Source of the DNA: Chloroflexota bacterium
GTDB lineage: Bacteria > Chloroflexota > Dehalococcoidia > GIF9 > AB-539-J10
Length of the DNA: 64,000 nucleotides
Direction: 5' to 3'
NCBI GenBank assembly: GCA_013388845.1
Contig: JACAEN010000026.1
Coordinates: 37,328 to 101,327, forward strand
Made by a program: the position numbers and the translations under genes. The notes beneath the pieces were generated by a model. It did not search any database and was not told the DNA's origin. It saw only the letters and a list, made by a program, of their open reading frames with translations. Within the stretch, counting starts at the first letter, position 1, and each line of letters begins with the position of its first letter. Shown piece after piece: positions 46,963-59,427 of the stretch.

Positions 46963-48684
46963 ATGAAATTGGACAGGCGAATAACTAATCTCATTATTAC
47001 CGGTTTCTCGGGCACCGGTAAATCTCTGGTGGCTATGGAGGTAGCCCGGAGATTAAATTGGGATTTCCTGGATACCGATGACGAGATAGTTAAACAAACC
47101 GGCAAGTCTATCGCCGAGATTTTTCGTCAGGATGGGGAGGCAAGGTTCAGGGAACTGGAACGGGAGATGATTAGAAAAGCTTGCCAGCAAAGGCAGACAG
47201 TCATAGCTATTGGCGGCGGTGCCATAGTTGACCCACAAAACTATGAGGTGCTGGCCAAAACCGGGTTGATTGTTTGCCTGGAGGCTAAAGCAGAGACAAT
47301 CTATGAGCGCTTATTCCATGAGGCTGCTTGTAGCCCTGAGACCGAAGTGCGCCCGCTTTTAGCTACCGATAACCCTTTGGAACGCATCAGGCAGCTTAAA
47401 GCCTCCCGGCAGCCTTACTATGCCAAGGCGGATTGGACAATCCATACTGATGGCTTAAGCATCAAGGAAGTAGCAGAAGAGGTAGTAAGGGCTTGGAGAT
47501 TGCTTCGTCGCTACACTCCTCGCAATGACAATGATAGGGACATCGCTTGCTGGGTAGAGACTGCGACTCAAAGTTATCCTGTCTTTGTTGGCTATGGTTT
47601 ATTAGACAAGCTGGGCGAAAAGATGAAGAAAGCTGCTTTGTCTGGCACAGCCACCATAATTAGCGACGAAAATGTCTTCTCTATTTACGGCAGCAAGGTT
47701 GAGGGAACCCTCAAGGACACTGGCTTTGCGGTTAATTCCTTTGTAGTTCCGCCGGGCGAGGAAGCGAAAAGCATGGACTATGCTGTCAAGATTTATGATT
47801 TCCTTGTCGAGCATCGAGCGGAGCGAGACGATATTATCATCGCCTTGGGTGGGGGTATGGTCGGTGACTTAGCGGGTTTTGTCGCTGCCACCTTCTTACG
47901 AGGCATGCCTTGGGTGCAAGTGCCAACCAGTTTGGTAGCTATGGTTGATGCCAGCATCGGTGGTAAGGTCGGGGTTAATCATCCTGAGGGGAAAAACCTT
48001 ATTGGCGCCTTCTATCAGCCTAATTTGGTTTTGGCTGACCCTCAGACTCTGACCACTCTGCCTCAGCGTGAGCTGATCTCAGGCTGGGCTGAAGTTATTA
48101 AGCATGGCTTGATTCTTGATGAGGAATTTGTTCAATTTCTGGAGAGCAATGTTAATAAGCTGACAAAGCTGGAGCCGGGGTTGCTTACCCGAGCTATTGC
48201 CCGTAGCGCTGCTATCAAGGCTCAGGTCGTCAGCCAGGATGAAAAAGAAAGGGAGGGGAAGCGCACCATCTTAAACTATGGGCATACCATTGCTCATGGA
48301 CTGGAGGCGGCTACTCAGTATAAGCGCTTTCTTCATGGCGAAGCAGTAGCCATTGGCATGATGGGAGCCGCCAGGCTTAGTCAGCGACTGGGTCTTTTGC
48401 CTTCAGCGGCAGTGGAACGCCAACAAGCCCTATTGCAGAAATTCGGCCTACCCACATCATTGCGAGCCGAAGCTGCAAGCCCCGACTTGTCAGGGCGTGG
48501 TAGGAAGCGAGGCAATCTCAAGTTGAGCCTGGCCGGGGTAACTAGAGCCATGGAACTGGATAAAAAAGTGAAAGGAAAGGCAATTCGCTGGGTGCTGTTA
48601 CAAGATATCGGCAAAGCAGTAATTTGTACTGATGTGCCTCAGCAGGATGTGTTAGCTGTTATTCAGGAGCTAGCGGAGCCGTGA
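46963..48684 (+). CDS. bifunctional shikimate kinase / 3-dehydroquinate synthase fusion
   Basis: 573 aa. The N-terminus has the AroK P-loop (GFSGTGKS). The C-terminus is the DHQS core (GGGMVGDLAGFVAATFLRG...GGKVGVNHPEGKN). Confidence 0.8.
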   Translation: MKLDRRITNLIITGFSGTGKSLVAMEVARRLNWDFLDTDDEIVKQTGKSIAEIFRQDGEARFRELEREMIRKACQQRQTVIAIGGGAIVDPQNYEVLAKTGLIVCLEAKAETIYERLFHEAACSPETEVRPLLATDNPLERIRQLKASRQPYYAKADWTIHTDGLSIKEVAEEVVRAWRLLRRYTPRNDNDRDIACWVETATQSYPVFVGYGLLDKLGEKMKKAALSGTATIISDENVFSIYGSKVEGTLKDTGFAVNSFVVPPGEEAKSMDYAVKIYDFLVEHRAERDDIIIALGGGMVGDLAGFVAATFLRGMPWVQVPTSLVAMVDASIGGKVGVNHPEGKNLIGAFYQPNLVLADPQTLTTLPQRELISGWAEVIKHGLILDEEFVQFLESNVNKLTKLEPGLLTRAIARSAAIKAQVVSQDEKEREGKRTILNYGHTIAHGLEAATQYKRFLHGEAVAIGMMGAARLSQRLGLLPSAAVERQQALLQKFGLPTSLRAEAASPDLSGRGRKRGNLKLSLAGVTRAMELDKKVKGKAIRWVLLQDIGKAVICTDVPQQDVLAVIQELAEP

Positions 48685-48700
48685 CTTCTTAGCTCTATGC

Positions 48701-48929
48701 GGAACCTGAGATACATGGGTAACACTCATGGTATGGTTAGTAGTGATACTGACTTACCATGAGGAGTTACCAGTATAAGAAAGCCCATTGTCTCGACCTG
48801 TCGGAATAACTTCAACCGCCCGCACCAATCACCTGGCTACCTTGCCGCTACGGAGTATATTGAAAAGGAACCTACTAAGATGCGCAGTCTAGTGTGACTG
48901 GTGTGGTCAGCCAGCACACGTAATTGACA
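48701..48929. repeat. ~250-bp dispersed repeat, copy 3 (with ~40-bp internal deletion)
   Basis: The same element again. Its terminal ttgaca at 48924-29 forms the padR -35. Confidence 0.6.
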
Positions 48930-48952
48930 ACAGAATTAGCCAATGCTATAGT
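48924..48952 (+). promoter_or_regulatory. promoter TTGACA-17-TATAGT for padR
   Basis: ttgaca 48924-29 and tatagt 48947-52, with a GAGGTG RBS before the ATG at 48984. Confidence 0.5.
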
Positions 48953-48983
48953 GAAGGAGAGGTTAATATATTAGTGAGGTGCA

Positions 48984-49322
48984 ATGATGAATTATGGGCG
49001 TGAGCTGTTGAAAGGAAACACTGACTCCCTACTGCTTTCTTTAATTAGCCGTCAGCCTACCTATGGCTATCAAATAGTAAAGGAACTGGAGAAAAGGAGC
49101 AATGGGTATTTCCAATTTAAGGAAGGCACTCTTTATCCTGCCCTCCACCGCTTGGAGCGAGACAATCTTATCACTGGTAAATGGCAGATACTACCTAATG
49201 GACAGCAAAGACGTTATTACTACATAACTGAAAAGGGGAAGCAGGTCCTAGCTAACAGGTTAGCTACCTGGCAGGATTTTTCTACGGCAGTTAAAGCAGT
49301 TATACAAGCGGAAACAACCTAG
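48984..49322 (+). CDS. PadR family transcriptional regulator
   Basis: 112 aa with a winged-helix PadR motif (PTYGYQIVKELEKRSNGYFQFKEGTLYPALHRLE). Confidence 0.8.
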   Translation: MMNYGRELLKGNTDSLLLSLISRQPTYGYQIVKELEKRSNGYFQFKEGTLYPALHRLERDNLITGKWQILPNGQQRRYYYITEKGKQVLANRLATWQDFSTAVKAVIQAETT

Positions 49323-49329
49323 GGTTAAA

Positions 49330-50226
49330 ATGCCAAGTAACATAAGCCATTATCTAAACAAATTCAAAGCCAATCTCCCGATTGATCAGACTATAAGAGA
49401 CGGCGTGGCTGAGGAGCTTTACACACATCTCGAAGAGAAAACTCAAGAGCTAGAAGAAAATGGGCTAAGCAGAGAGGAAGCGAGCAAAATCGCAGTACAG
49501 TCTCTGGGTGCCCCTGAATTAATTGCCCAGCAAATCTATGAAACACATGCTCAAGGTAGCTGGAAAGAAGCACTTTTCAGCGCCTTGCCCCATTTGCTTG
49601 TTGCTTTACTCTTCACTTCATATTACTGGCAAAATATCGTCTGCGTGTCAATTGTGCTAGCGTTAATCGTAGGGATAGCAATTTATGGTTGGCATCGAGG
49701 TAAGCCAATATGGTTTTTCCCTTGGTTAGGATACTATCTTATGCCAGTAATAGTTACCGGTATATTGTTGCTTTCTCTGCCTCAAGGTTGGGGCTGGATA
49801 GCAGCGCTCATCTATATTCCCCTAGCTCTTTTCGTTTTTATCCATATAGTAAGACAAACTGCAAGGCGGGATTGGCTATATGCATCACTGATGCTAGCCC
49901 CTATACTTGTGACGCTCAGTTGGTTTTCATCATTGGGCGTAGGAAACGGGTTCCTGAGAGGTGGTATGTGGCTGGCAAGCTTGCAAACAAATGCACTTTG
50001 GATAGTTATTAGTTTTGTTGCTTTGGCAGCAGCAACTATCGCCTTCATCCGCCTCAAGCCGCGCAGGTATAAAATTATTAGTTTATTAATTCCACCTCTT
50101 GTGATCTTATTCTCAGTAACCGCGGCCAGCCGAGGAAACATTAACTCCTGGGGTTGGCTGATACTGCTCTTCTCTTTATCGGCTTTTGCCATCCCAGTAT
50201 GGATGCAAGCCAGAGCATACCAATAG
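49330..50226 (+). CDS. DUF1700/HAAS-like membrane protein (PadR partner)
   Basis: 298 aa. It has the N-terminal helical DUF1700-like region (EELYTHLEEKTQELEENGLSREEASKIAVQSLGAPELIA) followed by multiple TMs. It is adjacent to padR, as is usual for this pair. Confidence 0.5.
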   Translation: MPSNISHYLNKFKANLPIDQTIRDGVAEELYTHLEEKTQELEENGLSREEASKIAVQSLGAPELIAQQIYETHAQGSWKEALFSALPHLLVALLFTSYYWQNIVCVSIVLALIVGIAIYGWHRGKPIWFFPWLGYYLMPVIVTGILLLSLPQGWGWIAALIYIPLALFVFIHIVRQTARRDWLYASLMLAPILVTLSWFSSLGVGNGFLRGGMWLASLQTNALWIVISFVALAAATIAFIRLKPRRYKIISLLIPPLVILFSVTAASRGNINSWGWLILLFSLSAFAIPVWMQARAYQ

Positions 50227-50229
50227 CCA

Positions 50230-50350
50230 TCCCTAGAAGAACTGAAAATCTCAAATTCTAAACCCTAAACAACCTCAAAATTCAAGTCTCAAATGTTCAA
50301 AACTATCTTGGATTTTGGATTTGGTCGTTTGAATTTGTTTAGGATTTTAA
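50230..50350. repeat. AAATCC/GGATTT-rich inverted-repeat (MITE-like) element, copy C
   Basis: The left arm is aaaatctcaaattctaaaccctaaacaa. The right arm is ttggattttggatttggtcgtttgaatttgtttaggatttt. It lies between convergent genes. Confidence 0.35.
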
Positions 50351-50383
50351 AGATTTATGCGGTTAACCATAAAGAGCTGAAGT

Positions 50384-51421
50384 CTAACTTTGTTTCTGAT
50401 TCCACAAGCTAGGTTGGGGCTGAATATCCTTTTTGTAAGGCAGCCCCAGATGTTCGTAAGCCAGCCTAGCAGCCACTCTGCCACGAGGTGTCCGCTCCAG
50501 AAAACCTAACTGAAGAAGGTACGGCTCGTAAACATCCATAATAGTATCGGCATCCTCATTAATAGAAGCGGCAATGGTATCCAGACCCACAGGACCACCA
50601 TCGAATTTGTCAATTATTGTATGCAACACTCTATGGTCTATATCATCCAAACCCACAGAATCTATCTCTAGCTTGGAAAGCCCCTCCAAGGCTACTTCCT
50701 TGGTGACCACCCCATCTGCCATGACTTGAGCATAATCTCTGATTCTCTTTAAGAGACGATTGGCCACTCGCGGGGTGCCTCTAGCACGCTGGGCAATCAG
50801 GACAAGCCCTTCCCTCTCTGCTTTCACATTAAGAATAGCTGCCGACCTCTCCAAAATCTTCTGTATTGCTGCCTCATCATAGAAATCAAGATGGTATGTC
50901 ATCCCAAATCTATCGCGAAGGGGAGGACTTAGTAGAGCAAAGCGTGTAGTAGCCCCAATCAAGGTAAAGCGGGGCAAAGTCAATCGTAAATTTCTGGCAG
51001 CTGGACCTTTCCCTAAAAAGATGTCAAAAACAAAATCCTCCATTGCTGGATAGAGCTTTTCTTCTACCGCGCGGCTAAGCCTGTGTATCTCATCAATAAA
51101 AAGGATGTCCCCCTCACGCAGATTAGTAAGAATAGCCGCTAAGTCTCCGGTGCGTTCTATCGCTGGCCCAGAACTAACTTTAATATTGACTCCCATCTCG
51201 GCAGCAATGATGTAGGCCAGGGTAGTCTTCCCCAAACCAGGAGAACCATAGAGAATAATATGATCTAGCGGCTCGTCTCTTTTTTGAGCAGCGACAATAG
51301 CTATTTTCAGATTATCTTTAATTTTCTCTTGACCTATGAATTCACTCAGGCACCTGGGACGCAGGTCAAAGTCAATAAAGCTATCCTCTGCTGTTGTTTT
51401 ACCTGAAACAAGCCGCATCAC
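50384..51421 (-). CDS. ruvB: Holliday junction branch migration helicase
   Basis: 345 aa with Walker A GPPGLGKTT and the RuvB AAA+ and winged-helix domains. Confidence 0.9.
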   Translation of the reverse strand: MMRLVSGKTTAEDSFIDFDLRPRCLSEFIGQEKIKDNLKIAIVAAQKRDEPLDHIILYGSPGLGKTTLAYIIAAEMGVNIKVSSGPAIERTGDLAAILTNLREGDILFIDEIHRLSRAVEEKLYPAMEDFVFDIFLGKGPAARNLRLTLPRFTLIGATTRFALLSPPLRDRFGMTYHLDFYDEAAIQKILERSAAILNVKAEREGLVLIAQRARGTPRVANRLLKRIRDYAQVMADGVVTKEVALEGLSKLEIDSVGLDDIDHRVLHTIIDKFDGGPVGLDTIAASINEDADTIMDVYEPYLLQLGFLERTPRGRVAARLAYEHLGLPYKKDIQPQPSLWNQKQS

Positions 51422-51454
51422 TAAACCCTTGCCCCGACTTAGTCGGGGAAAATT

Positions 51455-54400
51455 TTACTGGCTCTCTAATTCTAGATTCGCAGTCTTCTCTTCATCAAGA
51501 TTCCCCTCTGTCAATTTTTTCTCGTCGTCAAGGCTCGGAGAGAGGAGCCGAGATGGGATGAGCTTACCGAGAATAACATTTTCCTTAAGGCCACGAAGCC
51601 TATCCACCTTGCCTTTGATGGCGGCATCAACAAGAACACGGCCAGTTTCCTGGAAAGAAGCAGCCGCTAGCCAGCTGTCCTTGCTTAAGCTAGCTCTGGT
51701 TATCCCAAGAAGCGCAGCTTGAGCTGTCGCTGGCTCACCCCCTTCAGCCAGCACCTTGGCATTTATATCTTCATAGTCAAATCGGTCAACTAACTCGCCG
51801 GGCAAGAGTTTTGTATCTCCTGAGGAAATAATTCTCACGTTGCCTAACATCCGCCGAGTAATGATGGCAATATGTTTGTCGTGTATACTCACCCCTTGCG
51901 CGCGATATACTTTTTGTATTTCATCAATCAGATATTGCTGGACTGCATCTTTTCCCACAATACGCAAGATGTCATGAGGGTCAATGGGACCTCTAGTAAG
52001 CCGATCACCTGCCTTGACCTTATCCCCTGATCGAACAAGTAAATATGCACCATGGGGGATGCTATATTCTCTTTCCTCCCTCTCTTCATACCTAACACAA
52101 ACGTGGTCACCTTCAATGACAACTTGACCGGCTACTCTAGCTACTATAGATTGCCCGGCTTTACCGTAGCCCCGACTTGTCGGGGCTGGTAATCTCTTTT
52201 TGCTCCTCTCTGGCAGAGAAAATAGGATACTACCAACATCCACCGATTGCCCATCACTTACAGCTAGCTCTGCTCTTGGCGGAATTGGATATTCATCCAA
52301 ATAGGATTCAGAGCTAATAACCTTGACTATCGTTGTTCCATCAGTATGGGTTACTTCAACAGTACCATCAATCTCAGAAATAATTGCACTGCCACTCGGT
52401 GTTCTAGCCTCGAAAAGCTCTTCCACTCGAGGCAACCCAGTAGTAATATCGACACCTACTACGCCCCCTGTATGGAAAGTGCGCAGTGTGAGTTGAGTTC
52501 CAGGCTCGCCGATGCTCTGAGCAGCGATAACTCCTACAGCAGTGCCAGGCTTTACCAATTGCTTCTTCCCCAGATCTCTTCCATAGCAGTTTTGACAAAT
52601 GCCAAATCGAGAACGACAGGTAAGAGGCGATCTTATGTGCACTCGGGTAATGCCCGCCTCGACAATTTGTTTCACCTTACCTTCGTCAATTTCCTCATCC
52701 CTCTTAACAATGAGTGCATTTGTACGGGGGTCAATAATATCGCTCGCCGCTAAGTAGCCAGTAATCCGTTCTTCAAATGGGGGGAGGGAGCTGTCAGCAG
52801 CTTCCCGAGATATCCAAACTCCCTCGGTGCTGCCACAATCTGTTTCCGTTATGATGACATCCTGAGCAATATCAACCAGGCGTCTGGTAAGATAACCACT
52901 ATCTGATGTCCTCAGGGCAGTATCAGCTAATCCTTTACGCGCGCCATGAGTAGAAATGAAATACTCCATGGGTGTCAGTCCATCACGGAGACTCGATCTA
53001 ATGGGGAAATCTATTATCCTTCCTGCGGGGTCATGCATCAACCCGCGTATCCCCGCCATCTGCGTAATTTGAGAAATATTCCCCTTGGCGCCCGATGTAG
53101 ACATCATGTAGATGCTACCATAAGGGTCCAGCGCCCGGGATACATCCCTGGTAATCTTATCTGTAGCCTCCATCCACACCTGAACTGCCTTCTCATATTT
53201 TTCATCCTCATCAATCAAGCCATGGTTGAATTGATCCTCAATAAGGCTAAGTTGCTCGTCGGCTTCCTTGAGGAGCTTGACTTTATTTGGAGGTTCTTCA
53301 ATATCATTCATAGCAATGGAAATACCTGACTTTGTGGCATAGTCAAACCCCATTTGCTTAAGCTTATCAAGAACACCAGCTGCACCTTCATTACCCAACA
53401 AGCGGATACAATCAGCGGTTAATGCTCTTAAGGAAGCCTTATCTGCTGTTTTGTTATAGAAGCGAAGCTGCGGTGGCAGGGCATCATTAAACAAAATTCT
53501 GCCCACTGTAGTGCTTATCCTTCCTCCATCCGAATCCCGATTGAATCGGGACGAAGGATCCTGCACAATGATTTCAGCACCAAGTTCGATAACTCCGAGT
53601 TCATAAGCTAACTTGGCCTCGTCAAAACTAGCAAAGAATTTCCCTTCCCCTTTGGCTCCAGGCTTCGAAATGGTGAGGTAATAACAACCCAGAACTATAT
53701 CCAGGGTAGGTGTTGTCACAGGTTCACCACAACTTGGTAGCAGCATATTATAAGGACTAAGCATGTGTTCCCGGGCTTCCTTCACCGCTGCCTTGGACAA
53801 TGGCACGTGAACCGCCATCTGGTCACCATCGAAATCGGCATTAAAGGCAGTGCAAACCAAAGGGTGAATTTGAAAGGCGTCTCCATCAATTAACACCGGT
53901 TCAAAAGCTTGAATGCTGAGCCGATGTAATGTGGGGGCGCGATTAAGCAATACGGGGCGCTCCTTAACCACTTCATAAAGTGCGTCCCAAACTTCAGGGC
54001 TACCCCTTTCCACCAAACGGCGGGCACTTTTCAGATTATTGGCATAGCCATTCGCTATGAGTTTGTGCACAACCGAAGGCTTAAATAGCTCTAAAGCGAC
54101 ATAGCGTGGCAAACCGCATTGGTGAAGTTTGAGTTTAGGACCAACGACAATGACCGAGCGACCGCTATAATCTACTCGCTTACCGAGAAGATTCTGCCGA
54201 AACCGCCCTTGCTTGCCCTTCAGGATATCAGCAAGAGATTTCAAGACATGCTTATTACCAGTGGTAACTGCGCGCCCTCTTCGACCGTTGTCGATAAGAG
54301 CATCAACGGCTTCTTGCAACATGCGCTTCTCATTTCGGATAATTATCTCTGGTGCACCTAACTTCATAAGACGGCGGAGACGGTTGTTACGATTAATAAC

Positions 54401-55393
54401 TCTCCGATAGAGGTCATTAAGGTCGCTAATAACAAAGCGACCGCCATCCAATTGAACTATGGGGCGAAGCGCCGGAGGCAATACAGGAAGCAGGGTTAGA
54501 ACCATCCACTCAGGCTTATTCCCACTGAGCTTGAAAGCTTCAACTAATTGTAGCCGTTGACTGACCCTTTTATGGTATCCTCCTGATGTGCTATGGATTT
54601 GCTCACGAAGTTTCTGGTGCAAAACATCCAAATCTATTTGCTTCAATATTTGTAGAATGGCCTCAGCCCCCATGCCAGCTTCAAAAATGACACCATACTT
54701 ATCTTTAAGTTTTCTGTATTCTTCTTCGTTAAGCAGTTTTAGCGGCTGAAGACTTTCTAGCTCTTCAATGCTTGTTTTTAGCTCCTCTTCAAGTTTTTCC
54801 TTCTTTTCCATAAATTTAGCACGAAGCTCGTTTACCTCTTTTACCTTAAGCTCTTCCTCCAAACTCTGAGCTTCCAATTCCTCGATTTTTTTACCTAGAC
54901 GCTCCTCCTGCTCAGTAATCTTTTGGACTAGTTCCTCCTCAAAGTGGCGAAGTTTCTTTTGTTTAGCCTCCTCATCAACGGAGATAACAATGTACCGCGC
55001 AAAATAAATGACACTCTCTAAATCCCGTGGAGAAAGATCAAGGAGTAGGCCCAGCCGACTAGGTACCAACTTAACAAACCATATATGAGTAACTGGCGCA
55101 GCTAGCTCTATATGCCCCATGCGTTCCCGACGCACGCTGGAATGAGCTACTTCGACACCACACTTATCGCAAATAACTCCCTTATACCTCGCCTTTTTAT
55201 ATTTGCCACAATGGCATTCAAAATCTTTGACAGGGCCGAAAATCTTCTCACAGAATAGGCCATCTCTTTCTGGCTTCAACGTGCGGTAGTTTATCGTCTC
55301 TGCCTTGGTTACCTCACCGTGAGACCAACTCTTGATCTGTTCCGGTGAGGCCAGACTTATTCGAATACCGTTAATGCCATCAAATTGAGACAT
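51455..55393 (-). CDS. rpoC: DNA-directed RNA polymerase subunit beta'
   Basis: Full-length beta' with the NADFDGD motif. Start reassigned to the ATG at 55393 ([23 protein letters not shown]), which has an AGGGGGAAA RBS. The track's TTG at 55423 overlaps rpoB. Confidence 0.9.
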   Translation of the reverse strand: MSQFDGINGIRISLASPEQIKSWSHGEVTKAETINYRTLKPERDGLFCEKIFGPVKDFECHCGKYKKARYKGVICDKCGVEVAHSSVRRERMGHIELAAPVTHIWFVKLVPSRLGLLLDLSPRDLESVIYFARYIVISVDEEAKQKKLRHFEEELVQKITEQEERLGKKIEELEAQSLEEELKVKEVNELRAKFMEKKEKLEEELKTSIEELESLQPLKLLNEEEYRKLKDKYGVIFEAGMGAEAILQILKQIDLDVLHQKLREQIHSTSGGYHKRVSQRLQLVEAFKLSGNKPEWMVLTLLPVLPPALRPIVQLDGGRFVISDLNDLYRRVINRNNRLRRLMKLGAPEIIIRNEKRMLQEAVDALIDNGRRGRAVTTGNKHVLKSLADILKGKQGRFRQNLLGKRVDYSGRSVIVVGPKLKLHQCGLPRYVALELFKPSVVHKLIANGYANNLKSARRLVERGSPEVWDALYEVVKERPVLLNRAPTLHRLSIQAFEPVLIDGDAFQIHPLVCTAFNADFDGDQMAVHVPLSKAAVKEAREHMLSPYNMLLPSCGEPVTTPTLDIVLGCYYLTISKPGAKGEGKFFASFDEAKLAYELGVIELGAEIIVQDPSSRFNRDSDGGRISTTVGRILFNDALPPQLRFYNKTADKASLRALTADCIRLLGNEGAAGVLDKLKQMGFDYATKSGISIAMNDIEEPPNKVKLLKEADEQLSLIEDQFNHGLIDEDEKYEKAVQVWMEATDKITRDVSRALDPYGSIYMMSTSGAKGNISQITQMAGIRGLMHDPAGRIIDFPIRSSLRDGLTPMEYFISTHGARKGLADTALRTSDSGYLTRRLVDIAQDVIITETDCGSTEGVWISREAADSSLPPFEERITGYLAASDIIDPRTNALIVKRDEEIDEGKVKQIVEAGITRVHIRSPLTCRSRFGICQNCYGRDLGKKQLVKPGTAVGVIAAQSIGEPGTQLTLRTFHTGGVVGVDITTGLPRVEELFEARTPSGSAIISEIDGTVEVTHTDGTTIVKVISSESYLDEYPIPPRAELAVSDGQSVDVGSILFSLPERSKKRLPAPTSRGYGKAGQSIVARVAGQVVIEGDHVCVRYEEREEREYSIPHGAYLLVRSGDKVKAGDRLTRGPIDPHDILRIVGKDAVQQYLIDEIQKVYRAQGVSIHDKHIAIITRRMLGNVRIISSGDTKLLPGELVDRFDYEDINAKVLAEGGEPATAQAALLGITRASLSKDSWLAAASFQETGRVLVDAAIKGKVDRLRGLKENVILGKLIPSRLLSPSLDDEKKLTEGNLDEEKTANLELESQ

Positions 55394-58300
55394 TTTCCCC
55401 CTCGCTAAGTAGTTCAACGGCAAAACCTAAACTACGTAGCTCCATAAACAAAACTTTGGTTGATTCTGGAATACCAAGTTGTTGAATATCCTCGCCTTTA
55501 ACAAGGGCCTCATAGGCCTTAGCCCGTCCCATTACATCATCTGACTTTATGGTGAGCATCTCCTGAAGTGTGTGAGCCGCGCCGTGCGCTTCCAATGCCC
55601 ATACCTCCATCTCACCGAACCTTTGACCACCAAACTGAGCTTTTCCTCCCAACGGTTGCTGGGTGATGAGTGAGTAGGGACCAGTAGACCGGGCATGTAC
55701 CTTATCACCGACAAGATGAATCAGTTTCATCATGTAGATATTGCCTACGGTTATGGGTTTGTCAAATACCTCGCCTGTTCTCCCGTCTCGGAGTTCTATT
55801 TTGCCAAAAATGGGAGGATAGAGTTTTCGCTCTTTGTAAACTCTCTGCGCTAATTCCTCTAAATCCCTATCACTGACAGCTCTGAGCTGGTGATTGTCAC
55901 CTATGCCCAGTTCCTCAAGCCATATAGAGAGAGCAGCTCTTCTGGCCGCACCTTTATACCCCTCATCCATTATTTCCTTGGCATCAAAACCATGATTAGA
56001 AAGCCATTCCCCGACCTTCTCTAGGTCGGTCCTGGCATCCCTGGGATTCTCAGGACTAAAGCTAACGGCGTTAGCTTTCCAAGCTATCCAAGTCCGGGCT
56101 AAAGCATCCTCGATAGTTGTGGCATCAGCCCCGTCAAAAATGGGGTTAATAGCTCTAAAGCCCAGTACGTGGGCTGCCCAACCCAAATGAGCCTCCAAAA
56201 CCTGCCCTATGTTCATACGAGATGGAACGCCGAGTGGATTAAGGATGATATCTACAGGCGTGCCATCTGGCAAAAATGGCATATCTTCCTCAGGCAATAT
56301 GATAGAAATAACCCCTTTATTGCCATGTCTTCCTGACATTTTATCTCCCACTGATATTTTGCGCTTTTGAGCCACCCAAACCTGTATAAGTTTGTTCACT
56401 CCAGCCGGTAATTCATCATGGTTATCACGTGAAAACACTTTAGTCCCGATCACCCTCCCCCACTCTCCTGAGGGCATTCTCAGAGAGCTATCTTTCACCT
56501 CCCGCGTTTTTTCACCAAAAATAGCTCGCAACAATTTTTCTTCCGCTGAAGGTTCAGTTTCACCCTTTGGGGTAATCTTTCCCACCAGAATGTCATTGGG
56601 CTTCACTTCAGCTCCGATACGTACAATACCCATTTCATCAAGGTTAGCGAGGCTCTCTTCACTTACATTGGGTATATCTCTGGTTATTTCTTCAGGACCA
56701 AGCTTGGTATCACGCTCCTCTATTTCATATTTTTCAATGTGAACGGAAGTATAGACATCATCCTTAACCAGCCTTTTACTGATAATAATGGCATCTTCAA
56801 AGTTATATCCTTCCCAGCTCATGAAAGCACAAATGATATTTTGCCCCAAGGCGAGGTTTCCACCATCTATAGAAAAACTATCCACCAATGCCTGCCCTTT
56901 CTTAACCTTGTCTCCTTTGCTCACGATAGGATGTTGATTTATGCACGTCCCCTGATTAGTTCTGGCAAACTTGATCAAATCGAACGCTTGCTCTTCGCCT
57001 CCTCCATTTTTGATTACTATTCTTGAGCTTGTCGCCGAAGTAACTACGGCATCGTCAGGGGCAAATATCACCTGCCCGCTGTATTTAGCCACCTCCTTTT
57101 CCATACCCGTGGCCACCAAAGGACACTCGGGACGCAATAACGGAACCGCCTGTCGCTGCATATTGCAGCCCATTAAAGCCCGGTTAGCATCGTCATGTTC
57201 AAGAAAGGGAGTAAGACAAGCAGCTACGCTAAACAACTGTTTTGGTGAAACATCGATAAAGCTTACTTTGTCTACTGATTCTTTGAAATATTTGTCCCCC
57301 TTCTTAACCTCAACCTTGTCATAAACAAACTCATTTCTTTCATTGAGGAGAGTATTAGCCTGGGCGATGGCATATTGACCCTCTTCGTCGGCTGCCAGAT
57401 AAACGATTTGACTGGAAACAAAAGGAACTACTTTGATATTACGAGCTGGAAGAGAAGATAACCTTCGTGCCAGCTGCTTCGTGATTAATGTTCCGGCCTT
57501 GGCTACAAGCTTGCCCTCGCTATCTACTATATCCTCCCCGATTGTTCTCCCCATCAGCTCTTTCACAGTATTGGGGACTTCGTGAATGACTTTGCGATAT
57601 GGCGTCTCGATAAAACCATATTCGTTAACCGAAGCATAAGTAGCCAGAGAGCCAATAAGACCAATGTTTGGCCCCTCAGGTGTTTCTATAGGACAAATCC
57701 TGCCATAATGAGAATGATGTACATCGCGAACCTCAAATCCCGCCTGTTTTCTGGAGAGGCCTCCAGGACCCATCGCAGAAAGACGCCGCTTGTGAGTTAG
57801 CTCAGCTAGCGGATTAGTTTGATCCATGAATTGAGATAGCTGTGACCGGCCGAAGAACTCCCTTATAGCGACTGCCACGGGACGAATGTTGATTAGAGAA
57901 ACAGGAGTTGCCACTTCAGGGCCAAGGATACTCATCCGTTCTTTAATAGCCCTCTCTAATCTCAATAAGCCAATACGAAATTGCTTCTGTATTAGAAAAC
58001 CTACTGCTTGGGCCCTTCGATTGCCTAAATGATCAATGTCATCAGGAGCTTCCTTACCGAGGTTAACCGCAATAATACGGCGGACTATTTGCACCACATC
58101 TTCAGGGGTCAAGCCAGTATAATTCCCAGGGACATTGAGACCCAATTTTTTATTAAGCTTGTAACGACCAACTTTGCCCAGACTGTAGCGGCGAGGATTA
58201 AATAGGAAATTATTCAGCAAGGCTTGGGCACTACTGAGGCTAGCGGCTTCACCAGAAGATAGCTTTCTATAGATATCGAACAGGGCATCAGCCTTGTTTT

Positions 58301-59012
58301 TGATCAGAGGGTCTCGCTCTATCGTAGAGCGGATAAAAGCATGCTCAGGCGAGTTGTCGACATCCTGGAAAAGGGAATACAGGGTTTCATCGCTCTCAAA
58401 GCCTATGGCACGCAAGAGAGTGGTGACCGGTATTTTTCGTTTGCCACTCACCTTGACGGAAATCACATCTCGGTTAGAAGTATCAAAATCAAGCCATGCC
58501 CCATGTTCAGCCACAAGCTTGGCAAAGCCCAATTCCCGCCCACTGGAAGGATCTCTTTCCAAAGTGAAATAGACACCGGGAAAGCGAGTCAATTGATTAA
58601 CTACCACCCGCTCTACTCCAGAAATAATGAAAGTGCCATTATCCGTCATCAAAGGGAAATCACTGAAGAACAATTCCTGTTCCTTGATCTCCCCCGTCTC
58701 CTTGACTACCAGCCGTGCAGTGACATGAATAGGAGAAGAATAAGTCAGGCCTCGTTCAAGACACTCGGAGATAGAATGCGGAGGTTCTCGAAACTCGTAA
58801 TCAACGAAATGTAATTCTAGCCGGGTGTTGGTATAATCTTGAATTGGTGAGATTTCCTCAAACAGCTCCTTCAAACCCTCTTCTTGAAACCAGCGAAAGG
58901 AATCAAGCTGAACCCGGATAAGGTCAGCTATTTCTAAAGTCTCGGGCAATTTAGCGAAAGACTTCACCAACTCGTGTTCAAGCATGGAAGGAACGATCTG
59001 ATTCTTCTTCAA
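55380..59012 (-). CDS. rpoB: DNA-directed RNA polymerase subunit beta
   Basis: 1210 aa with the conserved beta motifs. TTG start per the track. TGA stop at 55380-82. Confidence 0.9.
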   Translation of the reverse strand: MKKNQIVPSMLEHELVKSFAKLPETLEIADLIRVQLDSFRWFQEEGLKELFEEISPIQDYTNTRLELHFVDYEFREPPHSISECLERGLTYSSPIHVTARLVVKETGEIKEQELFFSDFPLMTDNGTFIISGVERVVVNQLTRFPGVYFTLERDPSSGRELGFAKLVAEHGAWLDFDTSNRDVISVKVSGKRKIPVTTLLRAIGFESDETLYSLFQDVDNSPEHAFIRSTIERDPLIKNKADALFDIYRKLSSGEAASLSSAQALLNNFLFNPRRYSLGKVGRYKLNKKLGLNVPGNYTGLTPEDVVQIVRRIIAVNLGKEAPDDIDHLGNRRAQAVGFLIQKQFRIGLLRLERAIKERMSILGPEVATPVSLINIRPVAVAIREFFGRSQLSQFMDQTNPLAELTHKRRLSAMGPGGLSRKQAGFEVRDVHHSHYGRICPIETPEGPNIGLIGSLATYASVNEYGFIETPYRKVIHEVPNTVKELMGRTIGEDIVDSEGKLVAKAGTLITKQLARRLSSLPARNIKVVPFVSSQIVYLAADEEGQYAIAQANTLLNERNEFVYDKVEVKKGDKYFKESVDKVSFIDVSPKQLFSVAACLTPFLEHDDANRALMGCNMQRQAVPLLRPECPLVATGMEKEVAKYSGQVIFAPDDAVVTSATSSRIVIKNGGGEEQAFDLIKFARTNQGTCINQHPIVSKGDKVKKGQALVDSFSIDGGNLALGQNIICAFMSWEGYNFEDAIIISKRLVKDDVYTSVHIEKYEIEERDTKLGPEEITRDIPNVSEESLANLDEMGIVRIGAEVKPNDILVGKITPKGETEPSAEEKLLRAIFGEKTREVKDSSLRMPSGEWGRVIGTKVFSRDNHDELPAGVNKLIQVWVAQKRKISVGDKMSGRHGNKGVISIILPEEDMPFLPDGTPVDIILNPLGVPSRMNIGQVLEAHLGWAAHVLGFRAINPIFDGADATTIEDALARTWIAWKANAVSFSPENPRDARTDLEKVGEWLSNHGFDAKEIMDEGYKGAARRAALSIWLEELGIGDNHQLRAVSDRDLEELAQRVYKERKLYPPIFGKIELRDGRTGEVFDKPITVGNIYMMKLIHLVGDKVHARSTGPYSLITQQPLGGKAQFGGQRFGEMEVWALEAHGAAHTLQEMLTIKSDDVMGRAKAYEALVKGEDIQQLGIPESTKVLFMELRSLGFAVELLSEGENVSI

Positions 59013-59427
59013 AACAATATCTTGAAGACACTAACTAGGAAAACTTAGGATGAGAAAACTAAAAGAGAATAGGAGCATATACAAACTATCAAGTTTAACA
59101 TCATCATTTAATTTTGTCAAGAGGGTGTTTCAATAGCTACCAACATTTTTAAAATTTTATCACTGCAAAGCAACAGTTCCCATCCCGGGTCTCCAAGACA
59201 TTCTAAGACATACCATACAGTTTTCAGGAGTATGTGTCTTGCATTATGCATTTGCAGGTTTGCAGAAAGTTTATGGAGCTAATCTAAATCTTGCCCTGGG
59301 AAGCTCTTATCACCTTTTCCTCTGTATGTTTCCACCAAATTAGAGGCTGCGTCGTTCTTGAAAAGTTCAGCCTCCGTTGCTCTTTGGGACTTCTCTCCCT
59401 CAATGCTATAATAGTTCCTGAGTCTCC

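Noticed and set aside
52152-52190. Palindrome agccccgac-tt-gtcggggct inside rpoC, resembling the cccgac..gtcggg hairpins of the dispersed repeats
   Set aside because: It encodes in-frame beta' residues ([14 protein letters not shown]) and shares no flanking similarity with the repeat families. It is most likely a coincidental 9-bp palindrome.
56392-58814. Several 90-160-aa plus-strand ORFs inside rpoB, similar ones inside rpoC, and many antisense ORFs within fab genes
   Set aside because: They are shadow ORFs antisense to highly conserved genes.
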